In this document: piece after piece, positions 36,395 through 51,078 of the stretch | How positions within the stretch are numbered: position 1 is the stretch's first letter | Layout of the letters: each line of letters begins with the position of its first letter | NCBI RefSeq assembly: GCF_036321535.1 | Contig: NC_087438.1 | Span: 11,348,001 to 11,412,000 of the forward strand | Length of the DNA: 64,000 bases | Source of the DNA: Camelus dromedarius | Lineage: Eukaryota | Reading direction: 5' to 3' | Translations under genes and position numbers: made by a program | Notes under the pieces: generated by a model | What the model was told of the DNA's origin: nothing | Database searches by the model: none | Seen by the model: the letters and a program-made list of their open reading frames with translations, nothing else

Positions 36395-37535
36395 GACTCA
36401 ACAAGTAGGACTCCATCAAATTGAAAAGCTTCTGCACAGCAAAGGGGGCCATCAACAAAATGAAAAGGCGACCTATGGCATGGAAGGAAATATTTGCAAG
36501 TCATTTACCTGATGGTGTTAATATTCAAAATATGTAAAGAACTCATACAACTCAGTAGCAAAAGAAAAAATCTGATTAAGAAATAGGCAGAGAAACTGAA
36601 TAGACTTTTTTCCAAAGAAGACATACAAATGGCCAACAGGTACATGAAAAGGTACCCAATATTACTACTCATCAGGGAAAAGCAAATCAAAACCATAATG
36701 AAATATCACCTCACATCTGTTAGAAAGACTATCATCAAAATGGTAAGAGATGTGTTGGTGAGGATGTGGAGAAAGGGGAACCCTTTCACACTATTGGTGG
36801 GAATGTAAATTGGTGCGACCATTAAGTGTGGAAGTTCTTCAAGAAATTAAAAGAGAGCTACCACTTCTGGGTATATATCCAAAGGAAATGAAAACAGGAT
36901 CTCAAAGAGATCCCTGCACCATTGTGTACATTATTTATTATTTATGTGGCATTTTTCACAACAGCCAAGATATGGAAACCACCTAAGTTGTCTGTCAGCG
37001 GATAAATAGGTGAAGAAGATGTGTTAAATAAATACAATGGAATATTATTCTGTCTTAAATAAAAGAAATCCTACCATTTGCAACAAAGTGGATGGACCTT
37101 GAGGCCATTATGCTCAGTGAAATAAGGCAGACAGAGAAAAACAAAGATTGTATGGTATCACTTACATGTGAAATTTTAGAAGGCCAAGCTCATAGAAACA
37201 GAAATTAGAATGGTGGTTACCAGGCGCTGGGAAGATGGGGAGACGCTGGTCACAGAGAACAAACTTGCAGGTGTTGGATAGGTTCTGGGATCTGATACAC
37301 AGCATGATGACTCTCATACTATATGTTGCCTATTGTATTCTTGAAGGTTGCTAAGAGAGCAGATCTTAAATGTTCTCATCACAAAAAAGAAAGGGTAACG
37401 TGTGATGCGATGCAGATGCCAGCTAATGCTGTGGTGGTAACCATTTTGTCGTACACAGGTGTATCAAACCTTCCTGCTGTACATCTTCAACTTTCACAGG
37501 GTTCTATGTCAATTATATCTCAGTAAAGCTGGGGG
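36395..37535 (+). mobile_element. Older L1 (L1MA/MB-like) ORF2 end + 3' UTR
   Basis: aaaagcttctgcacagcaaag...aaagaagacatacaaatggccaacagg...attatatctcagtaaagctgg. Confidence 0.9.
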
Positions 37536-37829
37536 AGGAGGAAGAAGAAGATGGGCGTTTTTTGCTGCAGAATGAGTGATGTGAAAGCAGGTGGCAGGTC
37601 AGTGACAGGAATCTGCACTTTTCTGCAATAGGCATCACATGCTAAGGCTTGTCTTGCTTCTCAGTTTCCTGATGAAGGGAGACACAGTCCAAAAGAGGCA
37701 GAGGTGAGCAGTAACCTGAGCTCATCACAGAAAATAAGAATTTTCTATTAAGTGAATGACAGGCAGGCTTAGAGAATTCATGAAAGAAACAAACCAATAC
37801 TTAAAAAAAAAAAGAGTGGAGAAGGACTA

Positions 37830-37990
37830 GTAGCTAATATTGATAGAACTCCTACAAGCCAGGTTCATGGTGTAAATCATTCTCTTTGATCTTCACAACA
37901 AACTGAAGAGGCAGGGATTTTATCTTTATTTTGTAGATGAGAAAATAACAACTCAGTAAGGCGAAGTACACTGCCAGTGAGTAGGAGGTG
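37830..37990 (-). mobile_element. MIR SINE
   Basis: tctttgatcttcacaacaa...ttttgtagatgagaaaa. Confidence 0.55.
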
Positions 37991-38201
37991 CTGAAGGTAG
38001 ACTGGTGAGGCCGTATCTAAACACAGCCGGGTGTCCCTGGACCACTGGGTTTGATGAGGCTGTGTGCCAGCTGTTGTAACAAGATTTCATAAAGGTCTTA
38101 AGGCCAGTGTCTTCAGCAGCTCCTGCATCCAAACCTGATAGTACACTTGGGTCAAATAGGTCTTACCAGAAGGTGCACATAAAAGCAACTATTTTCAGCA
38201 A

Positions 38202-38636
38202 TGTGTCGGTCAGGGCTCTCCAGAAAACCACAAACAGCTGGCATCTGCTTATATACACACGTAGCCAATAGAGGGGTGTGTGTGTGTGTGTGTGTGTGTA
38301 AAGGGATTTATTTTAAGGAATTGGCGCAAATGGTTTCGGGGGTCAGCAAGTCCAAAATTCATAAAGCAGTTCAGCAGCCTGCAAACTCAGGCAGGAGGTG
38401 ATGTTGCAGTTTAAAGGCAAAATTTCTTCTTTTGGGGAAACCTCAGGTTTTGATCTTCAGACCTTCAACTGTTTAGATGAGCCCCACCTACCTTATCTAG
38501 GGTGATCTCCACAGCTGAAAGTCAGTTTAACCACATCTACAAAATACCTTCACAGCAATACCTAGATTTGTGTTTGATTAAGTTCTCAAGTACCGTCGTC
38601 TAGCCAAGCTGATATATAGAGCTAATAACCATCACA
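38202..38636 (-). mobile_element. ERVL solo LTR (MLT2-like) containing a (TG)n tract
   Basis: gtcagggctctccagaaaa...gatttattttaaggaattggc...agccaagctga...accatcaca. Confidence 0.85.
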
Positions 38637-39259
38637 AGGAATTTGAGGCATTGCCACTTATCAGAATATAGAATAGTAACTTAAAGGTTAAGGCTATAGG
38701 ACTATTATACGGTTACAAAGCAAGCCACATGTATGGACAACTTTTAATGGAAAGCTAATTCAAAATGGTGCATAAAAAAGAATATCACTGGTCCAAAAAT
38801 GTAGCTTTCATTCCGACAAGAAAAGACAAGACTATTTCTAGAACAGTGTAAAGAATTTCCTTCACTGTAGGTTTTTGTTTATCAATGGATGCAGGATCCT
38901 CCGCTTGGGTATACAGTGAAGAAAGTAAGCCAGGGTTTTGAAATATTCTTTCCCGGCATTAGAAATATTCACTGAAGGGAGGGGTGCAGAAGATTTTAAG
39001 TTAAAATGGTGGACATAATAACTCCATTCCATATTTGTGAGTTTAGCTTGCCAGCTGGTTACTAATATGTTATGAATACATTTGATGCATTTGAAGCATT
39101 TGATGAACTTTTTGAGACGGTTATATGTATCTTCGTTCTACCCATGAAATGCAGAGAGATGTTGGGGACTTCAAGTTAATGAGGCTTAGTCTGATGGGAT
39201 ATTCTTCACCTCAACAGAGAAAAAGAGGGCAAAGATGGCAGAGGCCACACACATGACTC

Positions 39260-40062
39260 AGTTCCCCCAATTCCCACCTTCCCCTCACACCTCCCATTCC
39301 ATTCATGGACAAGTCCACTTGGCTCTGCCTCCAAAATCTGTGTTGAATCTGAGTACTTCTCACCACGTCCTCTACGAGGACCACTCAGGAGGCCATTATC
39401 TCACCCCTTCTTTAGATCTCATCTCCCCTGCTCTGACCCCAAATGGTCCATTTTCCATCCAGCAGCCAGAGTGAAGTTTTGGAAGCATAGACAGATCAAA
39501 TGAGGTCCCTTCTTAAAACTGATCCAGTCAAGGTGAAATCCACACTCGTCAGCATGGCAGGGTGGTCTGTATGGTCTCGCCCACCTCTAAGTCCAGATCT
39601 ATATATACCCTTATGTCTGACTGTTATCCCCGTTCCCTGTCATCCAGCCGTTCGTCTCTCTCTCTCCCTTGACCATGCTAAGCTGGGTCCCAGCCCAGGG
39701 CATCTGCACTGGTGCTTCCTTTTTCTTCAATAGTTTTCCTCCAGACTTTTATTGGGCTCTCTCCTTTGGGTTTCAGCTTAAACATCTCCTCCAAGTGTCC
39801 TCCTCAGCCCTCCTTGATAAACCAGCACTGCCCTCATCTCTGCCGAGTCATCCTTCACCGAATTACTTTGTTTTTATCTTAGCACTTACCTGTGTCTGAA
39901 ATCATGTTGTTTAATCCGGTGGTGGATTTCATACCTGTCACTCCTTGGGAAAAGGTGATACCCTTGAAGACACAAACTTCATCTAATCCTTTGCTGTAAC
40001 CTCAAAGCCTCGACCTGTGTGTAACTGTAGCAGACATTTGATGAATATCCGTGGACTGGCTG
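39260..40062 (+). mobile_element. L2 LINE 3' region
   Basis: ctctgcctccaaaat, cagcagccagagtga, cccagggcatctgcact, tagcacttacc; degenerate tgaat tail. Confidence 0.75.
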
Positions 40063-41101
40063 ACTTCTAGCGGTTTTATGCTCAGACTTTGGAAATCAGC
40101 CACTTGAAAATATTTAACCAACATTTTATCCCTAAATATACCACAAGTATAACCTTGACCTCCTAATCTCATAGATACTTATCTATGTAACAATGGATTT
40201 GATTCAGATAAAACAGATCTTGGTATCTCCCATAATCACTTTGTCCTCTTCTTGAATACAACACTATCTTGCCCATACATTTAAAGAAGAAGGAGGAGGA
40301 GGAGGAGAAGAAGACGAGAAAATCTGTAGCAAATGAGTAGTTGAATGAAACTCAGTTAATTTGTGTGATCCAAGCGTAGATTATCTTGCCATAAATTTCA
40401 TATTGAATTTGGGGGTTGGCATTGCATATTATGCTCAATTAAATATTCTTTGCTTCTCAAAGTTCTCTCTCTTGCTCACTTTCCCTTCCTCTTGCCCCTC
40501 TGTCTCCTTCTCTCTTTCTCTCTCTGCAACTCCATCAGTGTTTCAGGATGTCACATTTCATGCAACCCTAAATGGGAAAATTCACTAGATGATCTTTACC
40601 TCTCTCCAAAAGCTTTCATATTTACCTTAAAAATTCATAAGGCAAATGAATTTTAATAGCATCTGTTTCACCTGCTCCTGCATCTCACTTCACTTCCTGC
40701 ATCCACAGACATGTCTCTGGACCAGGGCAAGGGCACCATATGAGGGAGAAGTCAGTCACTCCAGTAGTTGTGCAGGGGGTCACCCAAAAGGGAACCACCA
40801 TGTTGGAGAGACAGGACTTGGACATTCCATAGCAGCCCACTAGAACATTCCATACATATCCTTTGTGTCACTCAAAGAAGAAACAGTCAGCCACTTCAAT
40901 AGAACGGTGACAGTGCTTCGTTCTGAAACAGACATCACTCATAGTTATTTGTGACTGTTTCTTCTAACCCAAATATTAAAATAGTTGATTTTATACTTCA
41001 GTGTTCTCTGTTAACACTGGAGTGTATTTTTCAACATTTTGTACTACAGCATTCTTATTCAACTTTTCCACATTTACAATAAGATTTTAAAAGTTAACTA
41101 T

Positions 41102-41380
41102 TGTATTAGTTTGTTGGGCTGCCAAAACACAGTGCACAGGCTGGGTGACTTAACCAACAAAAACATATTTTCTCACAATTCTGGAGGCTTAAGTCCAAGA
41201 TCAAGATGTCAGCAGGGTTGGTTTTTTCTGAGGCCTCGCTCCTTGGCTTAAAAATGGCCACCTTCTACTGTGCTTTCACAAAAGACCCTGTCTCCAGATA
41301 CAGTCACAGCCTGAGGTGTTAGGGGTTAGGAATTCAGTATATGAATGTGGGGGTGAGGTCACAACACAACTCACAACAAC
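41102..41380 (-). mobile_element. MaLR solo LTR (MLT1A-like), internally deleted
   Basis: tgtattagtttg...tctcacaattctggaggc...aagatcaagatgtcagcagggttgg...tctccagatacagtcac. Confidence 0.85.
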
Positions 41381-42716
41381 ATATAGACACTCTAATAGAG
41401 AAGCATCCTGTTCTAAATTCCATAGTGTGACTCAACGTCTGTGAGCCAGTGAGGAGGGACCATACCTCTTTTAGGTCCTGAAATTTCACTCTTCCCAAAT
41501 AGAAATCTTTTTGAATTTAATAACTATAAATAATCCATACTCTGGAGTTATAATAAAATATCTTATTAAATATAGGAGAATATTGTATTAAGATATACAT
41601 TGTCAATTTTTATGAATTTAAAGAATTTTAATAAATTTAGCTTAAGATCTTTCTAAGGACCACATTTTCACTCTGGGCTCATATAAGATCTAATTACAAA
41701 GGTCTTTGAGGAAACTATATCATCACAGCCGTTGAGGAGTTTTATAAATAGTCAGTGCAGGGTCCCAAAGGCCCTGTTTGACACTTAAGGTTACTGAGTA
41801 TCAATCACAATCAATTCCAGGAGAAAATAATCCATTCAAGGAGAAAAAAAAAGTTTATTTAATCATGGGATTTTAAAAAGAAAGCTGAGTTCTTTATGAT
41901 AACTTAATTATTTCATGGGATTTACTTAATCATTCTTCTGTGAGTGATTAAAAGTAGATATCTTAGCTTTTATTAATTTTAAATTGGAAAATGAGTTGGG
42001 TATTAAACGAGATGGAAGACCCACCTTCCTTTTCAGGCTATGAGGAACTAGGGAGAGAAAAGTGAAGATTGATTTTTGTCCTGCAGCCCTCTTGTTTGTT
42101 TCTCAAGTTGACCTGCATTAAAAAAAAAACAAAAAAACAAAAAACCCCTCATAATCACAGTATCAAACTTGACGAGTGATGAAGTTGGTCGGGATCATCT
42201 GACCCAATCCCATACCTATAGGCATAGTAACTAGACCCAGGAAAGGCAAAATGACTTCACTGCAGATTGAATGATGTAACAAAAATATATAAAGCTTAAA
42301 AATAAACCTATTTAACTTGTCCCAATCACCCTCCAGCTTGCCTGTTTATAGGCTCCATAAGCTCGTTGTTTTTGTTCTCTGTGAAACCCTTTCACTTTGC
42401 TGCTTGTTGTTTCTTCAGTCAAAGCAGAAAAATTAACTTCCCAAACACTCCCACTTAATGGATGATTCATCTCCAAAGTACCTTCCTGCGTATCTGCTTA
42501 AATGAGCTTTGACAAATGTAAATACAAAAACCAAAATAAAATCTCTGGCATAGCCTAAAAAAACAGAGTAAATCACTTAAAAAATAAATTACTGCTTTAA
42601 AATGGGTTGGAAATGAGGGAGTTAGCAAAGGATGGGAAGGAGTTTAAAGATTTCGAGTGGAGACTGGCATTGGGACAGCACCGTGGGTTGACCTTCTGCG
42701 CTGGGGCTCATTTGAG

Positions 42717-42801
42717 AGGGTGGGTGTTCTGATAATTATCAAGTGGGGACATCAGGTATAAAATAGGGCTTTGCCCAACACCTGGGATACATGGTCACCC
42801 C
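42717..42801. mobile_element. hAT-Blackjack-like MITE (MER81/MER94-like)
   Basis: Ends agggtg... / ...atggtcacccc with an internal gggac motif. Confidence 0.5.
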
Positions 42802-43111
42802 ACGCATTAGGAAGATTTAGCCCAGCACAGATCTGTGGGATAGAAGGGACCAGTCATGGATTGGTAAGCATGTCTCACAAATACACGAGTTAAAGGAAGT
42901 GTGGGCTGACCTGTGTCCAGAAGCAGCTCTCCCCTGGGACAGGTGACAGAAGCAGCCTAGAGCGAGGGGGACAGTGATTTGCTGTGTGACTTACCCAGTC
43001 CACCTGTCTGGACCAAAGCTGCCCAACTGTCAAATGTGTTCTGTGCTGTGAGGGTCCTTCCATTTCTAAGTCTATGGCATGATAGCATTTCTAAAAAGTA
43101 AACAACAACAA

Positions 43112-43130
43112 ATATATATATGTGTGTGTG

Positions 43131-43188
<58 letters not shown>
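43112..43188. repeat. (TA)n microsatellite with (TG)n
   Basis: Directly visible. Confidence 0.95.
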
Positions 43189-43191
<3 letters not shown>

Positions 43192-43276
43192 AAATAATGA
43201 GAAACAAAAGGTGAACATTCTGGCACATGGAGTTAGGTCACCTTACCACCCAGCCTTTAGAGATCCCCCCACCGAC

Positions 43277-43298
43277 ACACACACACACACACACACAC
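43277..43298. repeat. (CA)n microsatellite
   Basis: Directly visible. Confidence 0.95.
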
Positions 43299-46200
43299 TT
43301 CACTCGACACATGTTCTGTGAGTGCTGGAATGGAGAAGGCCCTAGAAGGGGGAGGACTGTGTTCTGGAAACCCCAGAGAGCTGGCCCAAAGAAGGACGTG
43401 CCCTGCCAATGGAGAGGAAAAAGCAGCTTCAGTAACCAGCAGGCAAAATTCATTTCATTTGGATGAAACACAGGCCAGAGTGTTTAAATGGCATTTTCTG
43501 ACAATCCTAACTAGTCAGCATTCCTGATGAAGGGAGTTAAATTGCAAACCGGTTTTAGTCAAATTCCCCTAACTGCAGGGACTTACTTACTTTTGCCTCA
43601 AACCCGTTTTCTTTTTCCATCTCTGAAGAAGGTGTCACAAATTGAGCTTCCAAATTCTCAAGATATTTTCCAGAAATAACTCCCACTTATTTCTTGTAAT
43701 CACAATATCCCCAGATGTCTAGCAGCGAGGTACCCCCGCAAAACACTTCAGAGCAGTATCTTTGCCAGTGGTGGGGAAGTCATCCCTGAGCCTAGCTGAG
43801 CGGATCAACATTACAACACGATCCACTCTGAATTCACACATCGTCCAGAGCTGGAAATTGTTGGGCTCGTCCGCTCGGTAAAAGCAAAGACCCAGCCACC
43901 AGCTGCGGAGGACTGACTGACTGCTCCGTCTTCCAGTGACCACAGCCCAGGATTTGGCAGTTGAGACAAGACGGCCGTTCCAGGTCCATCAGCAGTAGGG
44001 GGCACATCTGTGCTGGAAATTACTCACACGCTCCTCAGGATCGGATAATTTATTTTCCTTTTTTTTTCCAGACAAGCTGAAATATGTGTGTGGAAGTGAT
44101 CTAGCCCCTTGCCTGCTTCCTGTGGAGTCCGCAGTGGGCATTTTTCTTTAGATTTCCTTCGTTGTCTTTCTCAGCATCGTATCAAATTCTGAAGCTCCCC
44201 TCCAGGCCAAGGGTTCTGTTTACCAAGTCTTTGTATTTCAAGGAAAGAAAATCAACTCCTGAATTTATTTAAAATATATTTCCAGTTGTCAGTCCCTCCG
44301 TATCCAGCCATGTCCCTCTGATGGTCAGTGATAGTATTCCCAGAGCCCCTTCCTCAAGCTCACCCTGGACTTGCCCCTTCCGCATCTTCAGTGGACCCCG
44401 TGGGCATGGCTACGGATCCCCCACAGTATAACCCCAGTATCCTGGGGTCAGACCGTACCTATTAGGGTGAAAGAGGGCAGGCTGGGCCCTGAGAGTAATG
44501 ATGGCCATGACAGAGCCTCGGACCCTTCTCTTGCCCTAGTCAAACGCAACACATGAAGAAACAATGACAGCTTGATAAATTCTGATATGAGAGAGATTTG
44601 TCCCAAGTGGCCCAGTGGTGATTCCCTTCTCATGAGTTTCCCTTGTAAGTGGAAGCTTGGATGCTCCACGCAAGCAAGGACTTGGGTGATTTTATACTCT
44701 GCTCTTGCCAGTTCCTGCAGGGTTCCTGACGCACAGTAGGGACTCCAGGTGTGGAACTAATTACAGCACAACTTGTGAGCTTGTGTTTTGTTCTGCTAAC
44801 CACTACCCTTCAGAATTCATATGGGTACCTCTTAAAAAGTCTGCCTTCATTAACTGTATCATTTTGCCCATCCTGGATTTCTGAAGACAGCTGGCTAGTA
44901 TTTTCACCTAATAAACCATCCAAACCCCAGCCGTTTTCTTTAAGTGGAACTCACAGAAGAGGTTGCTCGACCTTCCTGTTAAACCGTCATCGTGGATTTA
45001 ACGGTGCAGAAGTATTTTCTTGCTAGTGGGCAGCCTATAACTGTCATCATGTGAAGTTGCTATACTTAACCAAATGTGTATCAGTGTGTCCCTGTCACAA
45101 ACGTCTGTATAATTGCATAGTCTACAGCCAGATGATGAGTGCATATTTGGGGGATGGCTAATGCAGATGGTGACTTAAATGTTGAACTTCAGAACTGCCT
45201 GTGGGAAATCCTCATCCTTCAGAGCTTTCGGGCCACCACAAAGGCTGCCCTTCCAGCTTCCCTTGATCAGGCCACCTTCATGGTGGTTAAGAGCTTGGGA
45301 TCTGGACTGGAATCCTAATTGCTAACCCTCCTTAAAATTCACTTCCTCCTGAGGAAAAAAAAAAAAAGTGGCCACTAATAGAATTGACTCCATAAGGCTG
45401 TTAGGCAGATTAAATTTGATAGGTATATAAAGATTTTAGCACAGGGCCTAATACGGAGTGAACACTCAATAATTGTTAGCCATTAATATTATTATCTCTA
45501 GAGTCTCAAAGAACTCTCAAAGAATATTGCAATAATCATGCATGCACATACATGCTTGATGCTCCTAGAAAGCTCAAATCATTTTAAAGAAAAAAAAAAA
45601 CAGTTTTAAACTTTTTGAAAGAAGGGCAGTAGCCAGGCTACCATACAAGGGGAGAGGGACTGCGACTATTCAATAAAACAGTGAACAGAACAGAGGCATT
45701 GAGCTGAAATGGAAGGGCAAAAGAGGAGGAAATGGGTGACTTGAAAAAATTTTTATTTTGCATAAGTGAAGAAATGTTAGCATGTCCATTTGAAACACGG
45801 TATCTGAGTATTACAGTATTTTATCAGCCAAAGGGGCAAATCTTGACTTTTCCTCCCAGTATCATAAATAACACACGTCTTTTGAGTGTGCAACGTTGAG
45901 TTTGGACTCCCTGAATTTAGAAACACACTGTATTTTGCTGCAGAGTTTAGCAAATAGCACTCTAGTCTATTGTAGTGTAATATATGTATTTTTTAATTTA
46001 AATTCATATCAGTAAAGAAATCAGACAGTAATGGTCCATTGTTTTCATTTTATGCAGAAAATAAGAGGGAAATATTTCATATTGAAATGTATGTCTTACT
46101 GCTTAATGTTTTCTAAATATCCCTGCAGTTAATATTAAGGTGAATAAACATGCATCATTGAATAATAATTATCAACAAGCCTTATTTAATATTAAAAAGA

Positions 46201-46846
46201 ATAAAACATGGAATACAAATTTGAACAATTAGTGTGAATACCATGACTGCAAATTTTATTTGCCTCATTACTTTATCTGCCTTGGATTCGTTCAGTGAAA
46301 GTTGTGATGTTGTTCGGGGTTCAGCTGCCACTATATTTTTCTTTTATATCACATATCAAAACTGGAATGAAATAATAAATGGTATTGATGTTTGTTTAAT
46401 ACTTCTCCATCTCCTCACAACGCTAGAATTCAAGAGGCAGATCTATCTTGCTTTTTTTGTATGTCCATGACTTAAGCGCAGTTCTTGGAACATAGCAGGC
46501 ATTTAATCGATACCTTGCAAGTAAAATGACCAAACAAGATGTTGATATAGAAATATTACACTTGCATTTTAACCCTTTCCATCTTTCCTAACAAAAGAAA
46601 ATACAAAAATTGATCCTTGGGCAAAATTTTTTTAAATTGTAGAACTATCTCTAAATTGACAACTCACAAGCGTACAAGAAATTATGGTCCTCACAATCAT
46701 TAACCGTGCTTTTGGTAGTGGTTGCTCCTATGGTGGGATGCAAAGATAAGATAGGACATGGGCTTTGTGCTCTCCACTGTACATTAATTACAAGGACATT
46801 TTTTGCTGTAAGCTAGTGTTCTGTTGCAATAAATTTTTAAGGTATA

Positions 46847-47208
46847 TGTACTCGTTTGCTCCGGTTGCCATAAAAAATACCACAAACTTAGTAGCTTAAA
46901 TAACAGAAATTTATTTTCTCACAGTTCTAGAAGCTGGAAACATCAGCAGAGTTGGTTTCTTTTGAGGCATCTCTTCTTGGCTTGCAGATGCCACGTTCTC
47001 CTTGTGTCTTCACACGGTCTTCCCTCTTTGTGTGTCTGCCTCCTAATCTCTTAGAAGGACACCAGTCATCCTGGTTTAGAGCCCACACTAAGAATTCATT
47101 CTAACTTAATCACCTCTTTAAAGATTCTGTCTCCAAATACAGTCGCATTCTGAGGTACTGTATTTGAGGATCTGGGGGGTGGGGGGGAGACACAGTTCAG
47201 CTTGTAAC
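46847..47208 (-). mobile_element. MaLR solo LTR (MLT1A-like)
   Basis: aaataccacaaact...aacagaaatttattttctcacagttctag...tctccaaatacagtcgcattctgaggtactg. Confidence 0.88.
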
Positions 47209-50200
47209 TGTGTGGTCATAAAAATCTTCTATGACCTGACTGGTTTAAGAAATGCTTGGTGAGACCAAATTCAGCAGATCTCTTGGTAGGCTACTGTGTG
47301 CTAGGAATCTCCAAGAGAAAAACCACAGGATGTTGGCTTTGCCAAAGGAAAAGAAAAGCCTTCTCTCACCTCAGTTACATACACCTTCAACACTCCAGCC
47401 CTTCCCTTGGAACGCCCGCTTGGCAAATCACAGTGGTGCCCAGCTCTGTGCCGACAGCCCCGATTGGCATAGCGCTATTACAGAGGGCTGCTGAGCTGTC
47501 TGACTCTAAGCATCGCAAGATGAGTCCAGCCTCTCACAAGCTGTAATTTCCAACTCTGTATCATCGCCAAAATACTTTAGGAAATTGACACAGGACTTTT
47601 TCTTTATATGTTGAGTAATTCTTTACTAAATTATGACTTTCCCTTTTTTTCATGCTACCAACCAGTTAGTACCAATTTTTCCACCTACTTCCTCACTCCA
47701 GGTTGAGGTCCTGTTGAAATTTTTCTCTCTAACGATTGGCATTCGATTACAGTTTTGCAGCTAATTATCTCATTGGGTTTGAAAGGCATGAAGAAAAGAA
47801 GAGATGCAATGAAATGCCTCTTAGAGGGAAGGAAGCATAAATCTACAACTTTGAATAGAGTTTCGATGCAGAATAGCTGTCCAGCTTCCATAGAGACAGA
47901 ATTCTTTACGGACTCATTATACAAGCAAACTTGCTAAGCTCTTTAGGACATTAGTGCCTTTGATAACGATGTTAGCAGCTTTCCCTGAACTACTGCATGT
48001 TTACAGTGGGTCTTTAGCAGAGTAGGGGGCCTTGTGAATTAATCCCTATTTAATGAGAAATATTTGAAGGTGATGAGAGTCATATGCTGCTGATGGGAAA
48101 ACTCTGCCTTGATAGATTATTTTTGGAACATTAAAGTCTACTCAATCAAGACACTTGACTATTTAGGACAGGACAATTTTGTGAGAGATTGAAATAAAAT
48201 ATAGGATTTATACTCAATTATTTTCATCACCTATAAAATGTGCTGTGTTTTGCTTTAAGGGTTTTAAATTTTCACACTTTCTTGCTTTCATGAGACCTCA
48301 GTAGCCTGCACTAAATCAAATGGCTAGATATTGAGTTTTGGCTGAAGGGTGTTTTTAGTAAAGTGGCAGCCAATGGCTGCAATTGAGAAAATGTAATTTA
48401 TTTTAGATTAATTTGTAATATATATTTCATTTGAAACTGGCTGGAAAGAGCTATGAAAAAATGTTTATATGTGAAAAGTGCTGTTGGCTTCTCCCCAATG
48501 TGATGCAAATTTTCCACATCTACCTCAAGACTTAGATACATAATTAAAATGTTTTTAGGTACCTGGAAATGTTTGGATGTTCAAAAGGAAATGATTGTAA
48601 TCCTTTCTTTATGCTTGATCTTATCACTCTGATAGAAAGTACTCAGAAATTGACTGGTAGAAATAGATTGCCAAAATAACTTGTTCCCCTTTTAACTCAC
48701 CTCCTACTCTGTTCTGTTCTTAGGTATACAAACAAAATGTGTTTAATTTTTTTACATATATATATAAATGTAGGAAATTGGATTCGGTAAAATTCATCCT
48801 CAGAAGGATCTCTTTTCTTTTTGGAAATTGATGGCCGTTTTCATATTGTCAATGTTTCTTGGATTTGTACACCTATAAAGGTCATGACTTTTCAAATTCA
48901 GTGAACACAGTTAATTTGATGGCCAAACCCTGATGTAAACTTAGCGATAAAGCAGCATAATTTAATGATAAGACTATCAGATGTGATATTAACTGGCTAT
49001 GAGTAAAGTTCTAACCTTTCCCGGCCGCATTTTCCTCATCTGTGAAATGAGGAATTATCCAGGACCTGGCCTCAGTGCAATCCTCATCTTCTTCACTGTT
49101 TCCCATTGACATTCACACCCAAATTAAAAAAAAAAAAAATGCAGCTGTTCACACTATCATAGCACAGATATTTGATGTCTTAGATGCCACCCTTAAACTC
49201 AAAGTTGATTTAAAGATCTTGCACTGCAGCGACTTAATTTTTTTTTTTTGTAAAGGCCACAAAGGTGATTCAAAACTACGTGTTGAGAAATTTTATTTTG
49301 CTATTTTGTACAAAATAATTGTGTTGAGCATTTTGTCAGAAAATAAAATGCAATTCATACCAAATCAAGCTTTGTCAGAAAGCAAAGTTTAAATGAAAAA
49401 CAAAAACCAAAAAACAAAACCTCCTCCTAATGCCTGTGTAGGTTGTTTTTGTTCCTGGGGGCCATGAGAAGCCCGTGGTTAGACATTGGCTGGAGTCCCA
49501 AGACCTGCCATCAGGCCTCAGATCCTGCTGTAAACCTTGGGCAGATCACTTACTCTGACTGCATCTCAGTTTTCTCACCTATCAAATGGGAATGCCATCC
49601 CTTATAACAAGTCAGAAGTGGTGGGAGGAAGTGCCTGAGGCTTTGTCAGTGATGGATGCACTTGTCACAGGGGGCAGACAGATATTCTTTTAAATAATAA
49701 ATCATGTGATTAGAGACCGTCTTTCCTAAATGCATGGCTTTTGCTAACTTAATTTTTTTTTTTTTTTTTGGTCTGGCTCACAGTCCCTGACTAGCTGGTA
49801 AAGTTACCTAGCTTCGTACTAGATAAAGCAAGTTTAGGGTGAGCCTGTGAGAGTACGGATTAAATAGGTGAGAAAATTCAGTGACTGGAATTTAGAGATT
49901 GGATAGTGGCAGATTTTACTTGGAAATAAAGGCAAAAAAGGCCTGTTTCTCTGTGATCCAGCTTTGAATGTTCGTACTTCCTTTATAGCATTTCAGCACA
50001 ACAAAGAATCAGCTAGAACCCAGCAGCTATAGAGAGGGTCTGTGTGACAGTAGCTGTTGCTACGGCAGGCATTTGTTCTATCATTCTTCATCTCGAATAT
50101 ATTTTAATTATGTACATATCCACACATGTGCATACATACATATACACACATATACAATGTTACTGTTATATATTAATACAGTAAATAGCATGTGTGTAGT

Positions 50201-51078
50201 ATTTATGGAGAGAGAAGATCTGACAAAGCACTATCTATACTAGGAGATAGTTCAAATGAGAACCAAAGAATCTGCAGACAGTAGACATTTCTCTTTTTCA
50301 AACCAGTGAAAAAGGATCACGTTAAATCTATTTTTTCATAGCTAGACATTGAAATAGAAGGGAAATAGAAAGGAAACCATTGTATTATTCATTCTTATCC
50401 AATGTATTTTTCAGGAGAAACCCATTTCTAAGTTCTTCAGTAAATACTTATTAATTCATATTTATTTATTGTGGATTTTGAGTACTAAGGTGGCTAAATT
50501 AACCCTTTCTTTTAGAAAACCATGAAATAATAGTCAAAAAAAGTAAATATCACAAAACCTTACGTTTTAAATGATACGGAAAAAAATTGTACCCTAATTT
50601 CTCATTTTAAAATCTTTTTGTTATTCCTTAGCTTTCTGTCAATTTAATACTGGTCATTAAATAAGCATATGAGTAGTAATTATTACATAATAAAATTTGG
50701 TGAGAGCTAAATCTTCATATTGAGGTGAAATTGAGGGCTTCATCATTTCTTGTAGTAAATTTCATTTAAAATTCCCATGGGGTGAATTATAAATCTGGGA
50801 ATTGTGAAGAACATATTGTCTATTCATTTACCTACAGATCTGAAAGTTAGCGTTTTCCTTAACCAAATGCATAATGATTTCTAAGGTGTGGAGCAGTTAA
50901 CCCAAATGCCTCCTAACATGAAATTCTATGAAGCTCACCTCTGAACAATGGCCAAGATCATTAGCATCTTCTCAAAGTGTTTATCATTCACGTGCAATTA
51001 AGTATCCTGATTTATTATCACTTCTTAAAGATGATCACAGAAAGCCAACTAGCCGAAGAAAGAGGAAGATGATCTCCA

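Noticed and set aside
40285..40320. GAG/GAA run as acidic coding sequence
   Set aside because: Simple purine repeat with no surrounding ORF or splice sites.
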